Source: an uncultured Candidatus Saccharibacteria bacterium
GTDB lineage: Bacteria; Patescibacteriota; Minisyncoccia; Minisyncoccales; CAZKCU01
Length of the DNA stretch: 64,000 bases
Assembly (NCBI GenBank): GCA_964551595.1
Contig: CAZKCU010000002.1
Span: 3,081-67,080, forward strand
Reading direction: 5' to 3'
The notes below the pieces were generated by a model. The model had not been told where the DNA came from, searched no databases, and saw nothing but the letters and a program-made list of their open reading frames with translations. Of the stretch, positions 26,412-34,827 are shown piece after piece (the stretch's first letter is position 1; the number at the start of each line of letters is the position of its first letter). Position numbers and translations under genes: made by a program.

Positions 26412-27750
26412 ATCTAAACCCAAAAAAATTTTTGATATTTTTCCTCCGGAAACTCCGACTACCTTTAGGCCGGACTTTCAGGTTCCAAAATCTTCAGCTC
26501 AGCTAGAGATTTCTTCGCCAAAGGTGAACAAATTACCGACTGGAAAGTATCTGAGAGGGAAGAGGGGTTTAATTTTAGCCCTTGGAGTTTTAGTTTTAAC
26601 CGGGATTTTGGGTTATTTTTTATTACCTCGAGCTCAAATAGAAATTTGGCCGGAAACTCAAACTTTAAATTTTAAAGAAAAAGTAGAGGTTTCTTCAGAA
26701 GTAATTCAGCCTAATTCCGGCTTTTGGCTAAAGAAAGGGGCTATTCCTGGAAAAGTTTTTTATAATCAAAAATCTTCTTCTCAAGAATTTCTTTCATCGG
26801 GTAAGCTAATTAAAAAAGAGAAGGCCAGGGGTATAATTCGAGTTTACAATGCTTATTCTACCTCTTCTCGATCGTTAATACCTTCTCGTTTTATTTCGGC
26901 TGATGGAAAATTATTTTGGTCATTGAAAAAAGAGGTGATTCCCGGGGCAAAATATGAAGAGGGAAAGCTTATTCCAGGTTACGCCGACATTGAGGTTCAG
27001 GCAGCTGAAGCCGGAGAAGATTATAATATTAAACCCTCTACTTTTGCTCTTCCTGCTCTTGCCGGAAGTCCATTATACACTACCATTTATGGAAGATCTT
27101 TCTCTCCTATGACAGGTGGCTTTAAAGGTGAAGTTCCTCAGGTTACTCAGGAAGATTTAGAGAGGGCAGAAAATATTTTAGCCACTAAACTTTTTGAAGA
27201 GGGGAGTAAAGCTTTAAAAAATGAGCTCCAGTCGAATAAAAATTCCTCAGATTTTATCTTGCTTAATGAAGCTCAGAGTCAAGAAATTGTTGAGGGTTTA
27301 TCTTCGAAAAAAACAGGCGAGGAAGCTCAAACATTTAATTTCCAGGTTAAAGTTGATTCAAAGACTTTAGTATTTAAAAAATCTGATTTAGAAGATTTTT
27401 CTAAAGAATTTATTCTTTCTCAAGTACCTCAAAATGATTTAGAGCCAAATATCTTCTGGTTAAATAAAAAAATTCACAATGAAAGTCTAAAAATAGATTT
27501 TAGACCAGAATCAATAGACTTGGAATCAGAGAAGATTGTCTTAAATTTAAACATCACTGCTAAAATTTATTCAGATATTAATGAGGCTATTCTAAAAAAA
27601 GCCCTTTTCGGGAAGCCTTTAGAAGAAACCCAAATTCTTTTGGAAGATCAGCCTCAAGTTACTAAAGTCCAGGTAAAATTTTGGCCATTTTGGGTAAAGA
27701 GAGTTCCCAAAAATATGGAAAGGATTAAAATAAAACTAAATATTGACTAG
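26401..27750 (+). CDS. membrane-anchored hypothetical protein (possibly baseplate-J-like fold)
   Basis: A single N-terminal TM (LILALGVLVLTGILGYFLL). The IEVQAAEAGEDYNI segment is reminiscent of baseplate-J-like proteins. No firm assignment. Confidence 0.5.
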   Translation: MPAKSKPKKIFDIFPPETPTTFRPDFQVPKSSAQLEISSPKVNKLPTGKYLRGKRGLILALGVLVLTGILGYFLLPRAQIEIWPETQTLNFKEKVEVSSEVIQPNSGFWLKKGAIPGKVFYNQKSSSQEFLSSGKLIKKEKARGIIRVYNAYSTSSRSLIPSRFISADGKLFWSLKKEVIPGAKYEEGKLIPGYADIEVQAAEAGEDYNIKPSTFALPALAGSPLYTTIYGRSFSPMTGGFKGEVPQVTQEDLERAENILATKLFEEGSKALKNELQSNKNSSDFILLNEAQSQEIVEGLSSKKTGEEAQTFNFQVKVDSKTLVFKKSDLEDFSKEFILSQVPQNDLEPNIFWLNKKIHNESLKIDFRPESIDLESEKIVLNLNITAKIYSDINEAILKKALFGKPLEETQILLEDQPQVTKVQVKFWPFWVKRVPKNMERIKIKLNID

Positions 27751-27785
27751 TTTAGGAAAATTTGTTATTGTAAACAATTATCGTA

Positions 27786-28022
27786 ATGATAAATTCAAAT
27801 AAAAAATTCTTACGAAAATCTGGTCAGGTGATAGAAGCTCTGCCCAGTATCCATTTCAGGGTAAGGTTAGATGATGGGAAAGAAATAATTGCTCATCTGG
27901 CTGGGAAATTAAGACTTTATCGAATAAAAGTTTTACCTGGTGATAGGGTAACAGTAGAAATGAGCCCTTACGATGAAACGAGGGGAAGGATTGTGTATAG
28001 AGGAAAGTATAGAGGAAAGTAG
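27786..28022 (+). CDS. infA: translation initiation factor IF-1
   Basis: GQVIEALP...FRVRLDDGKEIIAHLAGKLR..RIKVLPGDRV.VEMSPYD..RGRIVYR. Confidence 0.96.
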   Translation: MINSNKKFLRKSGQVIEALPSIHFRVRLDDGKEIIAHLAGKLRLYRIKVLPGDRVTVEMSPYDETRGRIVYRGKYRGK

Positions 28023-28034
28023 ATTGCGTTCTCG

Positions 28035-28069
28035 GCCTGTCTGTCGGTATCAAATACCGACAGACAGGC
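28035..28069. repeat. perfect 16-bp hairpin, family E copy 1 (post-infA)
   Basis: GCCTGTCTGTCGGTAT-CAA-ATACCGACAGACAGGC. A related copy lies at 46326-46348. Confidence 0.8.
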
Positions 28070-28093
28070 AAATAATATATCGTGGAAAATAAA

Positions 28094-28207
28094 ATGAAGG
28101 TTCGCGCATCAATTAAAAAAATTTGTAAAAATTGTAAAATAGTTCGGCGAAAAGGCCGACTCTATGTTATCTGTAAAAATCCCAAACATAAACAACGCCA
28201 AGGATAG
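28094..28207 (+). CDS. rpmJ: 50S ribosomal protein L36 (37 aa; below ORF-track cutoff)
   Basis: Hand translation gives [37 protein letters not shown]. It sits in the expected slot between infA and rpsM. Confidence 0.93.
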   Translation: MKVRASIKKICKNCKIVRRKGRLYVICKNPKHKQRQG

Positions 28208-28218
28208 TTTTTATAAAT

Positions 28219-28424
28219 AACCCATCTCGGAGAGGGGTCGGGGGAACCCTTCGGTTCCCCCGTGTAGGAAAATATTAAAAACAGAAGGTTTTACAAACCA
28301 GTCGTCGCTCCGCGCCTCCTTGTAATTGCTTCGCAATTAAGAAAGAGCGAGCCCGAAGCGAGGCGAAGCCGAGTGCTGGAGTAAAGCTCCAGAGAGGGCG
28401 AGCGACTAAATTTGAACTACCATT
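28219..28424 (+). repeat. family A structured element, copy 4 (rpmJ|rpsM gap)
   Basis: The 5' hairpin carries a compensatory change (GGGGGAACC-CTTC-GGTTCCCCC, 28240-28261). The distal hairpin is CTGGAG-TAAAG-CTCCAG (28376-28392). The 3' end is GAGGGCGAGCGACTAAATTTGAACTACCATT-ATG. Confidence 0.9.
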
Positions 28425-28814
28425 ATGCCGAGAATAGCTGGTGTAAACATACCAGAACAAAAACAAATAGAAATTGCCTTAACCTATATTTTTGGAATAG
28501 GACTGTCTTTGAGTAGAAAAATTTTAACTACAGCCGGTATTGAAAAGCAGAGACTGGCATCTGAGTTAACTCCAGAAGAAATAAACCTGCTTAAAGAAAT
28601 TATTGAAAAAAAATATAAAATTGAGGGGAATCTTAAAAGAGAGATAATGATGAATATTAGAAGATTAAAAAATATATCTTCTTTTCGAGGAATTCGTCAT
28701 ATTAAAGGGTTACCGGTAAGAGGCCAAAGAACCCGAACAAATACTCGGACTGTGCGAGGAAATGTCAGAAAAACAGTAGGATCTGGCAGAAAAGCAGCCC
28801 CAGCCCCGAAGTAA
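28425..28814 (+). CDS. rpsM: 30S ribosomal protein S13
   Basis: [22 protein letters not shown]. Confidence 0.97.
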   Translation: MPRIAGVNIPEQKQIEIALTYIFGIGLSLSRKILTTAGIEKQRLASELTPEEINLLKEIIEKKYKIEGNLKREIMMNIRRLKNISSFRGIRHIKGLPVRGQRTRTNTRTVRGNVRKTVGSGRKAAPAPK

Positions 28815-28821
28815 TACCACT

Positions 28822-29274
28822 ATGGGGAAAAAACGCATTATTCAAAAAACTGAAGAGGAGTTGCTTAAAGAAAGAGAAAAAGTAGAAGAGAGCTTAAAAA
28901 AAGAGGTTAAACTCAAACCTTCTCAAAAGATTAGAGAAGGCAGAATTTATATTTTAGCTTCTTATAATAATACCATTATAACTTTAACCGATATTCGGGG
29001 AAATGTTTTGGCCTGGGCCAGTGCAGGCAATATTGGATTTAAAGGAACAAAAAAGGCTACTCCTTTTGCCGCCTCGAGAGTAGCGGAAGTTTTAGCTCAG
29101 GCTGCTAAAAAATTAGGAATTGAGAAGGTAGCCGTTTTAGTAAAGGGAATTGGGTCAGGCCGGGAATCAGCAGTTAGATCTTTGGCTGCCAGAGGTCTTG
29201 ATATCGTTTCAATTAAAGACATCACACCGATTCCCCATAATGGATGTAGGCCGCCAAAAGTTCGCCGAGCTTAA
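28822..29274 (+). CDS. rpsK: 30S ribosomal protein S11
   Basis: [32 protein letters not shown]. Confidence 0.97.
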   Translation: MGKKRIIQKTEEELLKEREKVEESLKKEVKLKPSQKIREGRIYILASYNNTIITLTDIRGNVLAWASAGNIGFKGTKKATPFAASRVAEVLAQAAKKLGIEKVAVLVKGIGSGRESAVRSLAARGLDIVSIKDITPIPHNGCRPPKVRRA

Positions 29275-29283
29275 CGTTTATTT

Positions 29284-29916
29284 ATGCAGAATTCTAAATG
29301 TAAAATATGTCGCCGCTTAGGAATGAAGCTCTTTTTGAAGGGTGAACGTTGTTTAACCCAAAAATGTCCAATGGTAAAAAGGTCCTATCCGCCTGGTCAG
29401 AAGAAGAAAAGAAGAATCAGAGCTCCTTCTGAATATGGGAAAGAATTAAGGGAAAAACAAAAATTAAAAAAATGGTATAATTTAGGAGAAAGGCAATTTC
29501 GGAAATACGTGAAAGAAATCTTAGAGTCTCCTCCTGGAGAAAAAAAAGATGTCCTCACTTTATTAATTAAAACTTTAGAAAGTCGTTTAGATAATGTGAT
29601 TTTTCGGTTGGGAATTGCCGCTTCCAGATCTCAGGCAAGACAATTAATCTCCCACGGTCATTTTTTAGTTAACTCAAAAGCAGTTAACAACCCAGGATAT
29701 CTTGTAAAAAAAGGAGACAAAATTAGAATCTTCCCGTCTTCTCGTAAAAAAATTATTTTTCAAAATCTTCCTACTTTATTAAAAAAAAGAGAGCTGCCTT
29801 CTTGGATTTCCTTAGATGTTGAAAAGTTAGAAGGGAAGGTGATAGGTACCCCTTCTTTAGAAGAGGCTGTTCCTCCGGCTGAAGTTTCACTAATATTTGA
29901 GTATTATTCAAGATAA
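29284..29916 (+). CDS. rpsD: 30S ribosomal protein S4 (zinc-ribbon type)
   Basis: CKICRRLG...CLTQKC; LESRLDNVIFRLG.A.SR.QARQLISHGH. Confidence 0.97.
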   Translation: MQNSKCKICRRLGMKLFLKGERCLTQKCPMVKRSYPPGQKKKRRIRAPSEYGKELREKQKLKKWYNLGERQFRKYVKEILESPPGEKKDVLTLLIKTLESRLDNVIFRLGIAASRSQARQLISHGHFLVNSKAVNNPGYLVKKGDKIRIFPSSRKKIIFQNLPTLLKKRELPSWISLDVEKLEGKVIGTPSLEEAVPPAEVSLIFEYYSR

Positions 29917-30018
29917 AATTCTAAAATAACTAATAGCTAATAAGTAATTTCTAATCAAATCCCAATGACCAATTACTAAATTTTAGAAATTAGGTCAATT
30001 AGAAATTAGACATTTACT
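29917..30018. repeat. AT-rich imperfect palindrome built from TTCTAAT/ATTAGAA units
   Basis: Left arm ..CTAATAAGTAATTTCTAAT..; right arm TTTAGAAATTAGGTCAATTAGAAATTAGAC. Confidence 0.6.
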
Positions 30019-30861
30019 ATGATTTCTTTACCATCTCAACCAAAAATTATTGAAAAAAAAGGAAATAGGGCAATTTTTCAGACAGAGGCCCTCTACCCAG
30101 GTTATGGAGTGACCATTGGGAATTCTCTGAGAAGAGTTTTACTCTCTTCTTTAGTGGGAGCAGCGGTTACTCGAGTAAAAATCAAAGGAATTCAGCACGA
30201 ATTCTCAACAATACCAGGAATTTTGGAAGATGTGATTGAAATCATACTAAACTTAAAGCAGTTGAGATTTAAACTTTTTACTTCAGAAATCCAAAAAGCC
30301 AGATTAAAGGTAAAAGGCGAAAAGGAGGTGAAGGCCTCGGATTTTGAATTGCCCTCACAGGTTGAAATAGTAAATAAAACAGCTCATATAGCTACTTTAA
30401 CTGCCAAAAAAGCTGAACTTGAAATGGAAATCCAAATTGAAAAAGGGCTGGGATATCAGCCAAGAGAATCAAGAGAGGAGGAAAAATTAGAAATAGGAGA
30501 AATTTCCCTTGATGCTATTTTTACCCCGGTAAAAAAAGTAAGTTATGAAATTGAAAATATGCGAGTGGGGAAAAGAACAGATTTCGATAGACTAAATTTA
30601 GAAATTGAAACCGATGGTCAGATTACTCCCGAGGAAGCTTTTAGCCAGGCTTCAGAAATTTTGGTAAAACACTTTTCTTTATTTGCTGAAGTATTTAAAA
30701 AGCCAGAAGAGAAAGTGATAGGGGTAGCTCCAGTCAAAAAGAAAAAAACTATAGCTCGACGAAAAATTCCCTCCAAAAAACATATCAAAAAACATATGAA
30801 GGCGGGAAAAAGGAAAAAACCTTCGGTTCAGCGCCGTACCTCTAAAAAAATAATTAAATAA
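30019..30861 (+). CDS. rpoA: RNA polymerase alpha subunit, NTD only with Lys/Arg-rich tail
   Basis: The alpha-NTD is recognisable (GYGVTIGNSLRRVLLSSL.GAAVT.VKI.G..HEF). The last ~55 aa are KKKKTIARRKIPSKKHIKKHMKAGKRKK, with no helix-hairpin-helix CTD. Confidence 0.9.
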   Translation: MISLPSQPKIIEKKGNRAIFQTEALYPGYGVTIGNSLRRVLLSSLVGAAVTRVKIKGIQHEFSTIPGILEDVIEIILNLKQLRFKLFTSEIQKARLKVKGEKEVKASDFELPSQVEIVNKTAHIATLTAKKAELEMEIQIEKGLGYQPRESREEEKLEIGEISLDAIFTPVKKVSYEIENMRVGKRTDFDRLNLEIETDGQITPEEAFSQASEILVKHFSLFAEVFKKPEEKVIGVAPVKKKKTIARRKIPSKKHIKKHMKAGKRKKPSVQRRTSKKIIK

Positions 30862-30863
30862 GC

Positions 30864-31232
30864 ATGCGGAAACGTAAACAAGGACGAAAATTAAGTCGAA
30901 AAAGGGGCCAACGCCAGGCATTATTGAAGGCAGAAATTTCTGCTCTTTTATCGAAAGAAAAAATTAAGACCACTGAGGCTAAAGCAAAAGAAGTACGGCC
31001 CCTTGTAGAGAAATTTATAACTCGGGCCAAAAAGCCCACTGTTTACACACGGGGAGATTTATCTTCGAGGAGGTTATTGGCAAAATTTTTTTCTCCGGAA
31101 ATAGTTACAAAATTATTTAAAGAAATTGGACCAAGATACAAGGAAAGGAAAGGAGGATATACAAGGATTATTAAACTTGGGCCGAGAAAAAGTGATGGAG
31201 CAAAGATGGCAATTATTGAGTTAGTTAAATAA
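30864..31232 (+). CDS. rplQ: 50S ribosomal protein L17
   Basis: MRKRKQGRKLSRKRGQRQALL...GGYTRI.KLG.R.GD.A. Confidence 0.96.
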   Translation: MRKRKQGRKLSRKRGQRQALLKAEISALLSKEKIKTTEAKAKEVRPLVEKFITRAKKPTVYTRGDLSSRRLLAKFFSPEIVTKLFKEIGPRYKERKGGYTRIIKLGPRKSDGAKMAIIELVK

Positions 31233-31346
31233 AATCCAAATGCCAAAGCTCAAATGTCAAATCAAATCCAAAACTCAAATGTCAAATTTTTGGATTTTGG
31301 ATTTTGAGCTTAATTTGAAATTTGGATTTTGAAATTTGGATTTTCT
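31233..31346. repeat. long AT-rich palindrome with 7-nt periodicity (AAATCCA.../...TGGATTT)
   Basis: The left arm holds heptamers AAATCCA AATGCCA AAGCTCA AATGTCA. The right arm holds TTGGATT TTGGATT TTGAGCT.. TTTGGATTTTG. Confidence 0.75.
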
Positions 31347-31694
31347 ATGAGAAGAGAAACCCATACAATTGATGCTACAGGCAGGGTCTTGGGCAGATTA
31401 GCAGCAGAAATCGCAATTTTGTTACGGGGCAAACATAAGCCCGATTTTGTCCCTTATAAAGATATGGGTGACGTTGTTGTTGTTAAAAATATTAATAAAA
31501 TAAAATTTACTGGTAAAAAATTTGAGAAGAAGAAATATTTCCGCCATTCAGGGTATCTCGGCAGTCTAAAAGAAATTCCCCTAAAAACACTTTTTAAGAA
31601 GGATTCTCCTAAAGTTTTGCAGAGAGCAGTTTTTGGGATGCTGCCGAAAAATAAACTAAGAGCAAAAATGATAAAGCGTTTAAAAATAAAGTAA
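31347..31694 (+). CDS. rplM: 50S ribosomal protein L13
   Basis: IDATGRVLGRLAAEIA.LLRGKHKP.F.P. The start is trimmed to the ATG at 31347, because the TTG at 31329 lies in the repeat. Confidence 0.95.
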   Translation: MRRETHTIDATGRVLGRLAAEIAILLRGKHKPDFVPYKDMGDVVVVKNINKIKFTGKKFEKKKYFRHSGYLGSLKEIPLKTLFKKDSPKVLQRAVFGMLPKNKLRAKMIKRLKIK

Positions 31695-31705
31695 CGCGAA
31701 TTAAT

Positions 31706-32230
31706 ATGAAGAAAGTTAAAAAGATAAAAAAAGCAGTTAAAAAAAAGCCTGCCCTTAAAAAAGTTAAGGAAGCAAAAATTGTAAAAAAAGCCAAAAAGCC
31801 AACTCCTAAGAAAAAAATTAGAAAACCAGCGCCGCCGCCAGCTCGCTATTTTGAAGCAGTGGGTAAAAGAAAAACAGCGGTAGCCAGGGTGCGTCTATTT
31901 ACCCGGGGAGAAAAAGTATTTTTAGTTAATGAAAAACCTTTTACTGTTTATTTTCCCACTCTTAATCTTCAACAAATTGCTACAGCCAGCTTAAGAAAGA
32001 TGCGATGTCTTGATAAATTCAGAGTTTTAGTTAAAGTTAGGGGAGGAGGAGTAAATGCTCAGGCCGAAGCTTTAAGGCATGGGATAAGCCGAGCCCTTAC
32101 CCTTTTTAATCCTGATTTTAAAAAAAGATTAAGAAAAGCAGGTTATTTGACTCGTGACGCTAGAAAGAGAGAAAGAAAGAAATTCGGATTAAAACGAGCA
32201 AGGAGAGCCCCCCAGTGGGCAAAACGCTAA
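31706..32230 (+). CDS. rpsI: 30S ribosomal protein S9 with Lys-rich N-terminal extension
   Basis: GKRKTAVARVRL..G.....GGG...QAEA.RHGI.RAL...LTRD.R..ERKK.G..RARR..Q..KR. Confidence 0.96.
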   Translation: MKKVKKIKKAVKKKPALKKVKEAKIVKKAKKPTPKKKIRKPAPPPARYFEAVGKRKTAVARVRLFTRGEKVFLVNEKPFTVYFPTLNLQQIATASLRKMRCLDKFRVLVKVRGGGVNAQAEALRHGISRALTLFNPDFKKRLRKAGYLTRDARKRERKKFGLKRARRAPQWAKR

Positions 32231-32250
32231 AGATTTAATAGAAAAGGAAA

Positions 32251-32279
32251 AGCACCGAAGTCAGTTGACGTTCGGTGCT
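32251..32279. terminator. hairpin between convergent rpsI and small minus-strand ORF
   Basis: AGCACCGAA-(11 nt)-TTCGGTGCT. An A-run lies 5' on the + strand, which becomes a T-run on the - strand. Confidence 0.5.
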
Positions 32280-32369
32280 ATAAAATAGGTGATTAAAATT
32301 TCGATTCTATTTAGATTTAAATATCCAGTAACCACCTAGGGTCGTGAGCATTCCTCCTATGATGCCTAG

Positions 32370-32468
32370 TCATTCATTAGAGTCTGTTATTCTGGCAAGT
32401 AAGGCGCCAAAGATAGTAAGGCCAATGGTAGCAAAAAACAAGCCAAGAAACCCTAAAATATTCTTCAT
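32370..32468 (-). CDS. putative 32-aa hydrophobic peptide
   Basis: Hand translation gives MKNILGFLGLFFATIGLTIFGALLARITDSNE. SD AAAGGAG sits 6 nt upstream of the ATG, and there is a single predicted TM. Confidence 0.4.
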   Translation of the reverse strand: MKNILGFLGLFFATIGLTIFGALLARITDSNE

Positions 32469-32577
32469 TTTGTTCTCCTTTCTGTAAAAATTATAGCATA
32501 GATTAAAACATCTGTCAAATTCCGAACAAAGTTGAGCCCCCAGTAGCAAAAAAGTTAAATTTAAATTATTAACAAAA

Positions 32578-33270
32578 ATGCTAAAAGAACTTATTGATAA
32601 ATTTTATTTGGACAGAAGAAAAGATAAAGAACAGCAGCATTTTTATATCAGCGAGGCGGGGAAATGTCCCCGACAAATTTTTTTTAAATTTAAAAACGCC
32701 CCCCGGAAAGAAATGGAGGCAAATATTTTAAGGTTATTTGACCATGGCGACCATATGCACCAGCTTATTATGAAGCCTCTTTTAAGCACAAGGGAGGTAC
32801 GAGTGATATCAGCTGAAGTGGAAATTCCTCCTCAAGAGCTTGTGAGAGGGAGGGCGGATGCAGTAATTAGTGACGGTAAAGAGCTTTATGTTTTAGATAT
32901 TAAAAGTATGAATAGTATGATTTTTAGAAATTTAACTTCTCCCAAAGAAGAAAACATTAATCAAATTCAGCTCTACCTTCATTATTTTAAAATACCAAAG
33001 GGGATACTTCTTTATGTCGATAAAGATAAATTGAATTTGAAAGAATTCATAATTGATTACAATAAGACATTAGCCGAGAAAATTTTAAGCGATTTAGGTT
33101 ACCTAAAAAAACAAATTGATTCCAATATTATTCCTCCGAGAATCCCTGATTATTCAAATAATTGGCAGTGTTCATACTGCCAATTTAGAGAACTTTGCGA
33201 TATGGGCGAAGCAGGCGAGATGAACTGGGAAGATTTTAAAAAGAAAATCGAAGCCCAAAATACAAAATAA
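32578..33270 (+). CDS. Cas4-like PD-(D/E)XK nuclease with 4-Cys cluster (stand-alone)
   Basis: N-terminal Cys (EAGKCPRQ), the nuclease core GRADAV...LDIKS, and a C-terminal CSYCQFRELC (C-x2-C-x5-C). Confidence 0.7.
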   Translation: MLKELIDKFYLDRRKDKEQQHFYISEAGKCPRQIFFKFKNAPRKEMEANILRLFDHGDHMHQLIMKPLLSTREVRVISAEVEIPPQELVRGRADAVISDGKELYVLDIKSMNSMIFRNLTSPKEENINQIQLYLHYFKIPKGILLYVDKDKLNLKEFIIDYNKTLAEKILSDLGYLKKQIDSNIIPPRIPDYSNNWQCSYCQFRELCDMGEAGEMNWEDFKKKIEAQNTK

Positions 33271-33332
33271 ACGATTATTTTTTATCTCTGATAGGATAAC
33301 AAAATGGGCTAATCTTTTTTTAAAGGATGATT

Positions 33333-34760
33333 CTAAGGTATTAACTTTTCTGAGACGTATAAATTTCCCTCATCCAAGAGATATAATTTCTCATTTTTTT
33401 GATTAAAAAACATTTCTGGATTTTGAAACTCTGTCAAATCCCAGGTCTGGATTCTATCTCGGTCGTCAATTTCGGCGATTTTTATTTTGTTTCCGGTATT
33501 AAAAATTAAATAATGACTTGTTAGCCAAAAAACTTCTCCAATTTTTTCTGAAAAACGAGTTAGAAAAATTTCTTCTCCAGCTTTTTTGGGGGGCTGATCC
33601 AATTTTTCTTCCAGAAATAAAATCCAGATTTCATAGTTGTTAAAATAAACAATTTTTTTGAAATCTGGAGAAAAACTAAAACTATTAGCCGGGGCAGAAA
33701 GCTTTTTAAAATTTCCTAAATCCTGATTAAAGAAATAAAGATTATCATCTTCTTTAAGTAAAATTTTAGGAAAGCTTACCAGGAGTTGATAATTAACTTT
33801 CTCTTTAACCGGGAATGGTAAGAAAGAAAGTTGCTCCTGTTTTTTTCCAGAAAGGTCGGTTCTAAAAAGAAACCCTTCATTTGAAATCAATAACATATTT
33901 CCTTCGGAAATCCCGTAAGTTACTAAATTATCCAAGATAGCTTGAGAGATTTCTTTGGTTTCCCAGTCAGCTTCAAAGAGCTCTGTTTGGGAAATTTTGT
34001 TTTCCTTAATTTTCTTTTCAGATAGCTTAGTAAAAAATATTTTTTGGGGAACTTGAGAATTAAAAGAGATATCCTTAATGTCAGCTCCTAAAAAATCGAG
34101 GGAAATTAAGTCGGGAGGAGTTTTCTCCAGGTCCAAAATAAAATATTTCTCTTTCCCTTCAAAACCGACTTTTAATAAAATCCTTTTAGAATCTGGAGAA
34201 AATTCTAAACTAAGAAAATCAACTTTAATTTTCTTACCTTTGGCGATGTCTTTTTCTCCAATCAAATAACTTTTAACATTGTTTTTTAAATCATAAAGAT
34301 TAATCTGCCAACCGTTTTCTCTGATTTCTTCAAGAATTATTTTTTTCCCATCGGGTGAAAAAAAGAAATCTTTTACTTCTTTGCTTAAAACAGCAAAGCC
34401 GGGGTTTTCAGGGATTAAGACAATATTTTTTGCCTCAGTAACTTGTTTTTCTTTTATTTCTAAAGTTTTTTCCCAACTGATGTATCCTTCCTTCTTTATT
34501 TGGATGTTATAGGTTTTGGGTAAGAGATTTTCAATCAGAGTTGAACCAAAGAGAAAATCAGTTTTCTTTTTTAGTTTGCCGTCAAAATAAATTTGGGTGC
34601 TTTTTGGCAAAACCTTAAAATAAAAAGCCCCAGTTTGGGTAACCTTTTTCTTTTCGAAGTCAAACCTATAACCCTGAGAATAAAAAACAACTGCTGGAGC
34701 AATTAAGAGAAATAAAAAGAGACAAATAAAGAATAAAATAGTTCGAGTTTTCCGAGTCAT
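33333..34760 (-). CDS. membrane-anchored PEGA-domain / beta-propeller-repeat protein
   Basis: The start is trimmed to MTRKTRTILFF (34760) to avoid overlapping murA. It has an N-terminal TM, a PEGA-like YNIQIKKEGYISWEKTLEI segment, and repeated FSPDGKKI/FSPDSKRI/FSPDFKKI TolB-like blades. Confidence 0.7.
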   Translation of the reverse strand: MTRKTRTILFFICLFLFLLIAPAVVFYSQGYRFDFEKKKVTQTGAFYFKVLPKSTQIYFDGKLKKKTDFLFGSTLIENLLPKTYNIQIKKEGYISWEKTLEIKEKQVTEAKNIVLIPENPGFAVLSKEVKDFFFSPDGKKIILEEIRENGWQINLYDLKNNVKSYLIGEKDIAKGKKIKVDFLSLEFSPDSKRILLKVGFEGKEKYFILDLEKTPPDLISLDFLGADIKDISFNSQVPQKIFFTKLSEKKIKENKISQTELFEADWETKEISQAILDNLVTYGISEGNMLLISNEGFLFRTDLSGKKQEQLSFLPFPVKEKVNYQLLVSFPKILLKEDDNLYFFNQDLGNFKKLSAPANSFSFSPDFKKIVYFNNYEIWILFLEEKLDQPPKKAGEEIFLTRFSEKIGEVFWLTSHYLIFNTGNKIKIAEIDDRDRIQTWDLTEFQNPEMFFNQKNEKLYLLDEGNLYVSEKLIP

Positions 34761-34827
34761 AATAAATAATTTTAACCTTTCTAAAAGGATTTGCCAAGTT
34801 TTGAATTTTAATATAAGATAAATTATA

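Noticed and set aside
28219-28424. Family A copy 4 as the S4-binding alpha-operon autoregulatory leader
   Set aside because: The same element precedes rplP, rpsQ, rplN and mreB, so it cannot be a site specific to a single r-protein operon. It shows no obvious resemblance to the nested-pseudoknot leader described in E. coli.
32300-32369. Second mini-ORF (MLTTLGGYWIFKSK) downstream of the 32-aa peptide on the minus strand
   Set aside because: The AGGAGG is only 1 nt from the ATG, which is non-functional spacing, and the peptide is very short. It is probably fortuitous.
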